Both the position numbers and the translations under genes were made by a program. Below the pieces are notes generated by a model that was not told where the DNA came from, did no database searches, and worked only from the letters and a program-made list of their open reading frames with translations. 39,053 bases of DNA. It comes from a virus. Taxonomy: Duplodnaviria > Heunggongvirae > Uroviricota > Caudoviricetes. Below are positions 29,054 to 37,870 of this stretch, one piece after another. Each line of letters opens with the position of its first letter. Position 1 is the first letter of the stretch. Location: IMG/VR virus record IMGVR_UViG_3300033150_000619; one strand, 5' to 3'.

Positions 29054-29066
29054 TATGATTTTGTAC

Positions 29067-29081
29067 TATTTATACGCTTTT
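29067..29081 (-). promoter_or_regulatory. Archaeal BRE-TATA promoter
   Basis: AAAAGCG-TATAAATA in the intergenic gap upstream of the hairpin and tfb unit. Confidence 0.6.
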
Positions 29082-29092
29082 GATCAAAGACA

Positions 29093-29613
29093 TTAGATGC
29101 CCTTAACAGTAATACCTCGATCATCGATAAATACTGAAGTTTCAAATATACCACCCGCCCTAATTCTTATCATAACTTCTCTATCGACAACACCGACGTT
29201 ATACCCGGTTGCTGCGATAAGTTTGGTGGCATTCCTATCACACTCTAGGTACATTACCGGCTTAGATTGTATGTTCTCTCTGAATACGCTACCCTTCCCC
29301 ATAAATATGATGTCCTTGATAGAACCATCACAGTAAGTTGTAGATATTAGCACTGTTGCATTGTCTGGTACCATTAAGTCTACACTCATTCTACTATCTC
29401 CTCGGCTACATCTTTACCAAGGGCAATATAATCCATATCCTTAAAGGCTGTTGCTATGATGTACAGAGGACATATGTCAGGTTGACACTTAAGCATAGAA
29501 CCGTAATCATCCTTAGTTAGTCTGCAACCATAAATAGATCCTGAATAGTCCTCATAGTCCTGAAATGCACAGGTCCTATCTTCTTCTCTTCTAACCGAAC
29601 TAGGTAGTTTCAT
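29093..29613 (-). other. Two hypothetical genes (29093-29389, 29386-29613)
   Basis: ATGA-coupled ORFs. Confidence 0.55.
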
Positions 29614-29868
29614 TCATTCTCACGGAGTTAAAGTATGTATAGAGATGCCTTAAGAGAAACTCACTCAGTGTCAGTCTCTACACTTAGATCTAAGTCTAAA
29701 GCTCAAGGATATCTTCTCTCCACAATATAGTTGTGCACTCTACATCTCTTTACACGGTCTATTCTATTCGGGTAGATACACTCCACTTCGTATACTTTGC
29801 TACACAGGTTGTACATATTACCTAAGAAGATGTATCCACCATTTCTCTTTACTTTAGAGGTTCCCCAG

Positions 29869-30216
29869 TCACGTCCACACATACGAATACAACCATATAC
29901 ATATCAGAACCCAATAGTGGATAATTTGGTCTGTGTGAGGACTAGTAACATTCTCACACTTCATAAAATCAAATATCCAGTGAGACACTGTCTGTATCAG
30001 TGCCATCATTAGACTCTGTGTTATAAGAAATACCATAAGACCATGTATGAAAGCATGAGCTGTAAGAGCATAGAACCATACCGATGTTGGCTTCTGTCCT
30101 TCTGGAAGATATTCAGGAACATAGTGCCTATTCTTCATCTTAGCTATATACTCCCCCTGCAATGGGAAGTCAGCTAGGAAGTGTCCTGCAAACAGTAAGA
30201 ATAGTTTATCAAACAT
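29869..30216 (-). CDS. DUF3307-family membrane protein
   Basis: GHFLADFPLQ, HAFIHG, SHWIFD..K, DQIIH. Confidence 0.85.
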   Translation of the reverse strand: MFDKLFLLFAGHFLADFPLQGEYIAKMKNRHYVPEYLPEGQKPTSVWFYALTAHAFIHGLMVFLITQSLMMALIQTVSHWIFDFMKCENVTSPHTDQIIHYWVLICIWLYSYVWT

Positions 30217-30228
30217 ATTTACTCTCCT

Positions 30229-30830
30229 CTATTTCTCCTTGATCACAGTTTCCCAACCCATAAATGAATCAGACCCTACATGCCATACAAATATGTCCTG
30301 TTTGAAGTCTCTACCCTGTATTTTCATTAATAATTCAATCTTACTGTCAGCAGATTCTAAAATGCACCCGTTAAAACCAATAGCTACGTACTTTCCTTGT
30401 TTTAGTTTGTAGAAATCTATAGCTGCTTTAGCTATCCCTTCTATTAGATGAGTCATCTCATCGGGGTTTAGCGTATTTGCTTTATTAAGCAGCTTTTGGA
30501 GGTCTGGGGGTATATATGATTTTAAACTGTCGGGGAATAATTCAGTTGGCTCTTTCTTCATTGTATTAACTCCCTACTCTCAGTAACTTCGATATAATCA
30601 CTGTTAGACAACACTTTAAAATTAAGATTTAACATCTCTCCAATTCTTCGAATATCTTCACTAAAGTCTTTGAATAAATTGTTATGTAATATTATTGTCC
30701 ATCCCTCTTTCTTCTTCGTTCTTGGAGAGTATAAAAATGCATTCCTTCCTAATCTAATAGGGATCTTTTCACATCGCATCTTTCTTAATATTCTAAGAGT
30801 TAATATTCGGTTCATGTTTAAAACTCTCAT
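30229..30830 (-). other. Two hypothetical genes (30229-30561 with DUF5678-like GKYVAI motif; 30558-30830)
   Basis: ATGA-coupled and more AT-rich than their neighbours. Confidence 0.55.
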
Positions 30831-30874
30831 ATCTGTCTGTCTCAGTACCTGTCGTAATCTATAGTATGTAGAGA

Positions 30875-31521
30875 TTACGGAGCTTCATATCTCCTTACCG
30901 TGGTCTTCTCCCCAACTACTTCCCATGTTGGATTTATAGATAAACACTCGTCTTGTACTCTCCTAAAGAAAGCATCTATAGCTTCTTCTCTTTCCTGTGG
31001 AATCTCCCCTGTGATTGCCCACCTTTCCCGTGGTTTGACGGGATTCCAGACGTTAATGTAATAATCATCTCTTCAGCTCCATTGCTAAATACCTTACAGA
31101 GCCTAGCTTCCTCGATGCTGAGGTATAGTTTGTAAGAAACCTCATTGTGACGTATAACCCAATCTCTCCTGAACCCGTGTCCACAGTAATAGTCATCTAG
31201 ATTGTTCCTATAAGGTGGTTCAACTATTCATAATCTATCCCTAGATGAAAAGATGTATAGTCCATTACCAGACTTGTTCACACTACTAAGCCTACGATAT
31301 ATCTGAGATAGTGCCTTCAATACATTCTTCCGTGTCTTCTTGTCCTTTATGTTCCGTGCTGTACCTATCTCCTTCCGAATCATAGAAAGTACAGAGCTTA
31401 TGCTGGTTGTTCAACTCACGCTGAGACTCACAAGGTCTGTCCTTCTGGACCTCTTCGTGAGGATATAGTCCATACCGGGCAATGAGTTCCTGGTATGTAT
31501 ATCTGTGTTTAAGTCATCCAA
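30875..31521 (-). pseudogene. prf1: Cryptic peptide chain release factor aRF1/eRF1 (N domain plus most of M domain), interrupted by two UGA codons and a -1 frameshift; recoded gene or pseudogene
   Basis: TDLVSL, EIGTARNIKDKKTRKNV, NGLYIF, VEPP, YYCGHGF, SGIPSNHGKGGQSQGRF, then REEAIDAFFRRV in the -1 frame. Confidence 0.9.
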
Positions 31522-31523
31522 CC

Positions 31524-31559
31524 TAATCACCGTGATTACTATGGTGTCGATTTATATAA
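31524..31559 (-). promoter_or_regulatory. TATA box, SD and overlapping palindrome upstream of the aRF1 gene
   Basis: TTATATAAA (31551-31559), GGTGA (31527-31531) and the inverted repeat TAATCAC-N-GTGATTA (31524-31538). Confidence 0.5.
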
Positions 31560-31655
31560 CTCCATAGGTTAGTTCTCCTTTAATCAACGTTAGATGCGGA
31601 GTACTGATTGATCAATAAACATTTATTCCAGGATGTACAGATGGAGCAGTTCTCT

Positions 31656-33932
31656 TCACATATCTTCACGGTTACTTACCCATTCTGTAATTTTATCATA
31701 GAACATCATAGGCATCTTACTTCGTGCCAGTGCTAATGATTGATATATAGGATCATATTTCCTATGAGAGAGCATCGTCTCACATTCTGCCTTAGATAGA
31801 TAAGCTATCTCAATATCTGCAGTAACTGGGATTATATTATCCGTAGCAAGAATATATCTAATCCTAGACTTAACTAACTGTTCAATTCGTTTAGCCATTC
31901 TAATTCCATCGCTGTGAGATTATGCTGTTTCTTATATATTACATAGTTGTCTACTATCTCGACCTTGGTCATAGAGAAGGACATCCATCCTCCCCTATGA
32001 TAAAATGCACATTCGATCCAATAAACCGGGTATCTTCTCAATCTTTTAATCTCAATGTCCGAATATGGTAAACCTAGTTTCTTAGAGATCGTTGGTACCT
32101 CCTTTTGTTCGGTGGTACACCGTTGGTACACCTTCAGATCGTTGGTACCTCTATAGTATTGTTGGAGTCAGTTGTAGATACGGTGGTAGTCAGGTAGGTG
32201 TATATTGTGTGCTGTACCTATCTCCGATTTCTGAGCCAATCGATGATGCAGTATCCTCGATAACAGTTTATGGGAATGAATGGATCATCTGAACTAGTTT
32301 GATATCTAGAGTCTATTAGCTTCCTAAGATAGGACATCTCACTTGATATCGGTCTACATGAAGTTAGATCACAGTTCCTATCATCACAGGATACCTCTAA
32401 GTCACATACCCTGAGATACGGTACCTGTCTAGATGGAAACCGATTATATGTGGCAGACCAACTATAGGTGGATGGCATATCTCTCTTCTCCCTCCTTCCT
32501 ATACTTATCATATACTTATTAATCCCACCAAGCATAAACGCAGTATCCAGTATCAGTCTTATCGACCTCTATACTATCTGCATGATGATAAGTTGTTACT
32601 AGACTTAGTCCCTCGTCTGCCGTTAGTCGAGTAGCCTCGAATCCTTCGATAGAGACTCGATAGTCAAACCTAGGAGGTAATATCACGTATCCGTGTAGTG
32701 TTATCCTGTCCTTATACACGTCACACAGTTGTAAGAACTCCCCTATTCGGGGTGAATAGTTCTGCGTAGACTCTAACCAGTTACTGTCATCATAGCAGTA
32801 CCTGTCGTCATAGTGACCTATTATATCGTGTAGTGTCATGACCTGGTCTTTAGTTAGACCTCTGAATCTATGATAAACATCAGACGTATTGCTGTATCTT
32901 ACTCTCTGTCCATTAATTACTCGTAGAATCTCAGCGTAATCTTCGTTCATCGGTAGCACTTAGATCTAAGTCGTTGCTTTATGTTTGGCTAATGACTCTG
33001 CTATCTTATTCTTCATTTTAGTCCTAGCCGACTTCATACCTCTGCTGAGTTCATCTATGTGTGGATCTGTGTCAGACCATAGTCTATATTTGTCCATAGC
33101 CTGTTTGTACTTCTTAGGACAACAGAATCCATACTTAGTAGCCCAGTTCTCTTTTCTCTCTTCCTCTGGGATTGCGTCACAACCACAGTCATAACTAATT
33201 TGGTTCATCTAATCCTCTCTTAGAGAGCGTAATGCCTGTACAAGGAATTCTTCTACCTCTTCTATTGATAGAATATCGAATTTATCTGGCACTATAAAGA
33301 ACCCGTAGTCCGTTCCTTTGAAGGCTGTTTCTAAGACACTCTGTAGATGTACTAGTTGGTCCTGATGTAAGTCAGAAGGTACCTTTATCCATAAGATATG
33401 TTTAGTTGTCATTCTTACCACTCCAATCTTTTGTTCTCGGAAATACTATTCCGTCGAATGCATCATATGAGAATATATCATGTCTCCTTAACCAACGGCA
33501 TTCCTCTATCCACAGGACTAAATGTGGTTCGTGTGGGTGTCTGCATTCCAGCTCCCATACGAATTTATAAAAGTCCTCTAACCAGCAGGAGGGTCTCATT
33601 GCAAGGTATATCGTCTATCACCCTTCATTCCTTCCATAGTAAAGGAATAGAGACATCCCCATCAACCATATACCCGTATACAGGAACTTTGTCTCCTCAG
33701 TCCATATAGATACGAATATTAGGAATGCTCCGAATAGGAAGGCGGAATCTATCTTATCTGGAATCTGCATATATCTAAACCTCTCACTTAGATCTAAGTA
33801 TTTATTGAAGAGCCAGTCCCATACAGTAAATCCATATTTGGTTAACCCCATGATAAGTATCCCTGCTATCGAACCTATCAGTATTGCTTCGATAGTGAAT
33901 AAGTAGAATTCAATAGATGATAGCTCTATCAT
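31656..33932 (-). other. Run of small hypothetical genes (31656, 31874, 32218, 32519, 32966, 33209, 33402, and the 33618 membrane protein)
   Basis: Co-oriented and tightly packed; no family that I can name. Confidence 0.55.
32086..32151. repeat. Cluster of four CG(T/G)TGGTAC repeats
   Basis: AGATCGTTGGTACCTC at 32086-32101 and 32136-32151, flanking the tandem CGGTGGTACAC/CGTTGGTACAC. Confidence 0.8.
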
Positions 33933-35230
33933 TGATACCAGTTCTCCGGTGGTTTAGTCCCAAACTCTTCTTCCTTTAACTCTGATATACTATCCGATAT
34001 AGCTTTATCTAGTGATAGAGAGTTATCCCTGAGTTTAGAGATTGTTCCTCTAACACAGGTTTCTTTGATGTGTGCACCAGTCATTTTATCTGAAAGACTA
34101 GCTAATACTTTGTAGTCTATGTCAGGGTTATCTAGGAATCTACGGTACATCATTTCCCTTTCTGTAGTGTCTGGTAGGGGGAATTGTACCTTAACATCAA
34201 ACCTAGATGGTCTACTTCCTATTGCCGTATCAAGTGCTAAAGGTTTGTTAGTAGTGCCGATGACAAATACACCATCGTTGGGACTGAGTCCGTCTAGCTG
34301 AGTTAGTAGCTCACCTAAGACATAGGTGTAACCATACTCCTCTCTATCAGCAGCAAAGAAGTCTATGTCCTCAAAGAAGATTACGCTGGGGGATAGCATC
34401 CTAGCCATAGTAAATAGCTTACTTACATCATCATCATCTTCTATACATCTGGGAGTTACCCAGAGTAGAGTCATATCAGGGGTCTCATTACATAACAACT
34501 TACCGAATAAAGTCTTACCAGTACCAGGTGGTCCCCATATGAGTATGCCTCTCTTCCAGTCCAACTTATGGCTTAGTATCAGTTCCTTATTGTTGATTAA
34601 GAAGAAGAAGTTCTTGTCTATAAGTTCCCATATATCTTCCTTTAGGATAATATCTTCTCTGGTTACTTTCTCATAATTAAGGAACTTGAAGGTATTGTGA
34701 GACGTGACCAACATCTTCTCTCCCTTTAGATGATCTAAAGAACTAACCTCGGACTTGAAGGTATCAAAGAAGCTTCTTACTATATCTTCATGCTCTGCAT
34801 TGCCGTGAACAGTTATGTACGCTCTATTTGAGGTAGCTATGTAAATAATGATAGGTACATCATTGTAATGGATGAACTGATATCCATCAACTAGTCCAGT
34901 TACCTGACTGCCTCTTTTGTATTCAAAGGTATTGAAGCTCGGAGATACCCGTTTACCAGAAACGAAGTCAACTGTCTCTGTATTATCATCAATCAGGGAC
35001 TTCATATAGCAAGCAATAGAAGGCATCTGCCATAGAGGGAAATCCTGCTCGAACTTTACTCTATGTTTACCAATCTTCTGGGTGAACCACTCTTCTCTAC
35101 CATCACCGCCTAGTGCCCACTGTATAGCAGTAACCAAGTCTCTAAGGATATGGCGGGGTATGGAGTATCTACCCTCACCTGTTTCTGGAGGAAGTAAGGG
35201 GGCATGCGGACTCATATCTCTATCATTCAT
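33929..35230 (-). CDS. Classic-clade AAA+ ATPase (single module, unknown N-terminal domain)
   Basis: RGILIWGPPGTGKT, Walker B IFFEDID, LLTQLDG, GTTN, SRH RPSRFD, TGAHIKE. Confidence 0.92.
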   Translation of the reverse strand: MNDRDMSPHAPLLPPETGEGRYSIPRHILRDLVTAIQWALGGDGREEWFTQKIGKHRVKFEQDFPLWQMPSIACYMKSLIDDNTETVDFVSGKRVSPSFNTFEYKRGSQVTGLVDGYQFIHYNDVPIIIYIATSNRAYITVHGNAEHEDIVRSFFDTFKSEVSSLDHLKGEKMLVTSHNTFKFLNYEKVTREDIILKEDIWELIDKNFFFLINNKELILSHKLDWKRGILIWGPPGTGKTLFGKLLCNETPDMTLLWVTPRCIEDDDDVSKLFTMARMLSPSVIFFEDIDFFAADREEYGYTYVLGELLTQLDGLSPNDGVFVIGTTNKPLALDTAIGSRPSRFDVKVQFPLPDTTEREMMYRRFLDNPDIDYKVLASLSDKMTGAHIKETCVRGTISKLRDNSLSLDKAISDSISELKEEEFGTKPPENWYQ

Positions 35231-35468
35231 TTTGTTTCCACTGTTCGGTTTTATAATAGTTGATGGCGATTTCTTCTTGTTGCCTAATGTAGTATGATTG
35301 GCAGCTATAGCACATATCTAAGTAATAGGGGTACGATGGAATAATATCACAACCACATTCAACACATACCCTTCCTAAGTCACAGACTTGGGCATTACCT
35401 ATATAATCTTCTCTTATTAAACCTGAACTTCTAATAAGTTCATCAGCATCGGTACTGTAATCAACCAT
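35223..35468 (-). CDS. small Zn-finger hypothetical protein
   Basis: CVECG...CYSC. Confidence 0.55.
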   Translation of the reverse strand: MVDYSTDADELIRSSGLIREDYIGNAQVCDLGRVCVECGCDIIPSYPYYLDMCYSCQSYYIRQQEEIAINYYKTEQWKQNE

Positions 35469-35494
35469 AGAGGTACTCCACTTTAATAATAAAT

Positions 35495-35977
35495 CTATAC
35501 AGCGTTTTCTGGTGATAGTTCAGCATATAGCCTTTCTGCATATCTCCTCATAGGCTTAAGAGCTTTATCTTCTAGATCAATCTCTTTATTTAGACCATTC
35601 TCTAAATCCTTGAACCTATCCAGTAAAACACCCGCTGGGTTGTGTTCTCGTCTAACCCACTTAAAGGTGACATCCGCCGGGAAGTTATCTAACTTCTCTA
35701 GGAGACTGTCTAAGTAAGGGAATAGATTATTGGCTCTACATCTCCAAAGTCCCTGTACTTGCATGACAACCAACTTAGAGTCCATGTAGATGATCCAGTC
35801 TCTGTCGGAGCTTATGAAATCAAACGCACTGATAGCTGCCATGTATTCAGCTTCGTTATTGGTTAGACCTTTAGGAATAGATATTACGTTACTCTCCGGT
35901 TTGTTATCTCTCTCGTAGACTAATCCTACTCTTCCCTTCGGTGAACCGTCTACGTATATACGGCTTAGGTTTCCCAT
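35495..35977 (-). CDS. rnhA: Ribonuclease HI
   Basis: IYVDGS, TNNEAEY.A, DSKLVV.QV.G.W, WVRREHN.A. Confidence 0.92.
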   Translation of the reverse strand: MGNLSRIYVDGSPKGRVGLVYERDNKPESNVISIPKGLTNNEAEYMAAISAFDFISSDRDWIIYMDSKLVVMQVQGLWRCRANNLFPYLDSLLEKLDNFPADVTFKWVRREHNPAGVLLDRFKDLENGLNKEIDLEDKALKPMRRYAERLYAELSPENAV

Positions 35978-35995
35978 TATGCATGGCTCTCCTTA

Positions 35996-37804
35996 TCAGT
36001 GTACCTCGTAGAGTTTAGCAAACGGGAGATCAATTGCAGTCGTTCCTGGCCTGACATCTGTATCACCTATTATTCTTTCCAAGGCTAACTGAACGTATCC
36101 TTCGTCCAGCTCTATTCCTATTGAGTTTCTATCTAGTCTACGTGCAACTAATGATGTAGTACCAGATCCCACAAACGGGTCCATAATTGTATCATGGGGA
36201 AAGGAGTAGAACTTGATTAGTCTATATGGTAGCTCTTCTGGGAATGGGGCTGGGTGCTTACCTGATAGCCTATTCTCAGCCTGTATCTGCCACCAGCTGT
36301 TAGTCCACTCCTTAAACTCGTCTTCAGTAATGTCAGGGTCTACTTTATAATCTGATTGTCTATGCTTCTGTCGTATCTTATGGTATATCAGGATACACTC
36401 ATATGGATTAACCATCCACGGGTCTGATGGACTCCCATATGAACCCCAGGCTGTATTATGGTATGTTATGTCCCCTAAGAAGGATCCATCTTCTTCTACT
36501 TCTAGATTATATACGGTTCCGAAGTAAGATTCATTACTTGACCTAACCGGGTATAAAACATTGTTGCCAACTATATCTATCAATGGACGACTGTTAGATA
36601 CATCTACTAGTGGCTTCCCCGTAATTGATCTAAGTCTATTCCTGTAGATAGGATGATATATCCTAATCCTGTAAGCAGTTGAACTTCTAATAGAGTAATC
36701 TCTCTGTATGGAAGATACTATTCCAAATCTAAGAAGTAAATCTCTAATACCAAGGGCTAGAGGTAGTGATACTGTAGTATAGTGATCATCTTTATCGGAG
36801 AAGCACCCGTCTGATGCCCATAAGCCCCTTATTAATTCCTCTTGTAAGTTTAAAGGAGAGTACATAGCCCAGTCGACAATATGCTTTTCATGGGCACTTG
36901 TACCAAACTGCTTTAGAATATTACTTGTGTAATTATCTCTAAGTTCTAATCTACGAAGGTCTCCACTTTCTGTGACACTAAGAGTTCCGTGCCATGTATC
37001 TTCTAGGTAATCTATGTCTTCTCCATTTCTCTTATTTAGATCTAATCTAATATCCGATCTACGGATAGAACCATCTCCTATATAATATCCAATTAGCCTG
37101 TACATCAAAGATTGGTCAATGTCATAGGATGGAATGCTTCCAACGTGGCTATCTATGCCATAGAGTAGCATATCTCCAAATCTTAGATCTTCTGCATTTA
37201 TCCACTCTGGTTGGGGTGGATACTTACGGTGCTTTCCTTTAATTGCAAGAACAGGATGATTCCCACTTAGATAGATATCCGGTAATCCATAGACGGATAG
37301 TGACCATATCATATCTTTATTTGAACCAGTATTTACTACCCTCCTATACCTATGCATATGAGTCTTAACTAGATCTCCTTTAACCAGCGATTGTATCTCT
37401 GAGTATCCATTCGGAACTCTAACTTGAGACCCGAAAGGAAGGCACCGTCTCGGTACGTTCTGTTTATACCAGATTACTGTATCCCTGTACTTCCATCCTA
37501 CTTCCTGTAGGATATGTCCTATGTCAACCATTATGTTAGCTCTACGAGGTAGTTGCTTAGTTATTGGAATATTGACACATATTCTACCACCTACCTTAGT
37601 AGCATCATAACATGCTTGCCATACATCTCTCATCCATTCGAGATACTTGTAATAGGGAATCGTATCATCGTAAGACGCGTAGTCGATACCAACATTGTAC
37701 GGGGGTGACGTAATTATAAGATCTACCAGCTCTCTGCCTCTTTCACTTCTAATATGAGGCAGCACCTCTAATGAATCTCCTACATATAATTTTGTATATA
37801 CCAT
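35996..37804 (-). CDS. Beta-class amino DNA methyltransferase with intein
   Basis: TSPPYN, IW.K, TAWGS, HPAPFPEEL, MDPFVGSGTT. Extein 272 aa. Confidence 0.93.
   Translation of the reverse strand: MVYTKLYVGDSLEVLPHIRSERGRELVDLIITSPPYNVGIDYASYDDTIPYYKYLEWMRDVWQACYDATKVGGRICVNIPITKQLPRRANIMVDIGHILQEVGWKYRDTVIWYKQNVPRRCLPFGSQVRVPNGYSEIQSLVKGDLVKTHMHRYRRVVNTGSNKDMIWSLSVYGLPDIYLSGNHPVLAIKGKHRKYPPQPEWINAEDLRFGDMLLYGIDSHVGSIPSYDIDQSLMYRLIGYYIGDGSIRRSDIRLDLNKRNGEDIDYLEDTWHGTLSVTESGDLRRLELRDNYTSNILKQFGTSAHEKHIVDWAMYSPLNLQEELIRGLWASDGCFSDKDDHYTTVSLPLALGIRDLLLRFGIVSSIQRDYSIRSSTAYRIRIYHPIYRNRLRSITGKPLVDVSNSRPLIDIVGNNVLYPVRSSNESYFGTVYNLEVEEDGSFLGDITYHNTAWGSYGSPSDPWMVNPYECILIYHKIRQKHRQSDYKVDPDITEDEFKEWTNSWWQIQAENRLSGKHPAPFPEELPYRLIKFYSFPHDTIMDPFVGSGTTSLVARRLDRNSIGIELDEGYVQLALERIIGDTDVRPGTTAIDLPFAKLYEVH
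36455..37444 (-). mobile_element. Intein (330 aa) with LAGLIDADG endonuclease
   Basis: CLPFGSQV ... SGNHPVL ... LIGYYIGDGS ... LIRGLWASDGC ... VYNLEVEEDGSF..TYHN, with +1 Thr. Confidence 0.93.
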
Positions 37805-37827
37805 GGGTATGATTGATACGGACCGAG

Positions 37828-37840
37828 TTATAAATGCTTA
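37828..37840 (-). promoter_or_regulatory. TATA box for a probably leaderless MTase transcript
   Basis: TAAGCA-TTTATAA, with the TATA 24-30 nt upstream of the ATG at 37804; no SD. Confidence 0.55.
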
Positions 37841-37870
37841 CTGTTAGTCCGGTTATGGTTAATCCTTTAA

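Larger units (their letters stand above)
1225..33799. repeat. Dispersed palindrome RCTTAGATCTAAGT, 10 exact 12-mer cores
   Basis: CTTAGATCTAAG starts at 1226, 3673, 7043, 7803, 10686, 21943, 26482, 29683, 32959 and 33787; one-mismatch copies at 5942 and 8984. Confidence 0.95.

Noticed and set aside
31228-31413. Selenocysteine at the aRF1 UGA codons
   Set aside because: The positions do not align with Cys or catalytic residues of aRF1, and I see no SECIS-like element or Sec machinery.
32086-32151. Mini CRISPR array
   Set aside because: Repeats are only 9-16 nt with irregular spacing, and no cas genes are present.
16957-32217. Readthrough extensions after the TAG stops of ORFs 17029-17289 and 32218-32535
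   Set aside because: Open stretches of 20-28 codons are expected by chance and contain no recognisable motif.
130-35297. Plus-strand ORFs in the track (e.g. 5801-6376, 8093-8569, 17310-17741, 25710-26198, 27030-27494)
   Set aside because: They are antisense shadows of well-supported minus-strand genes and have no motifs.
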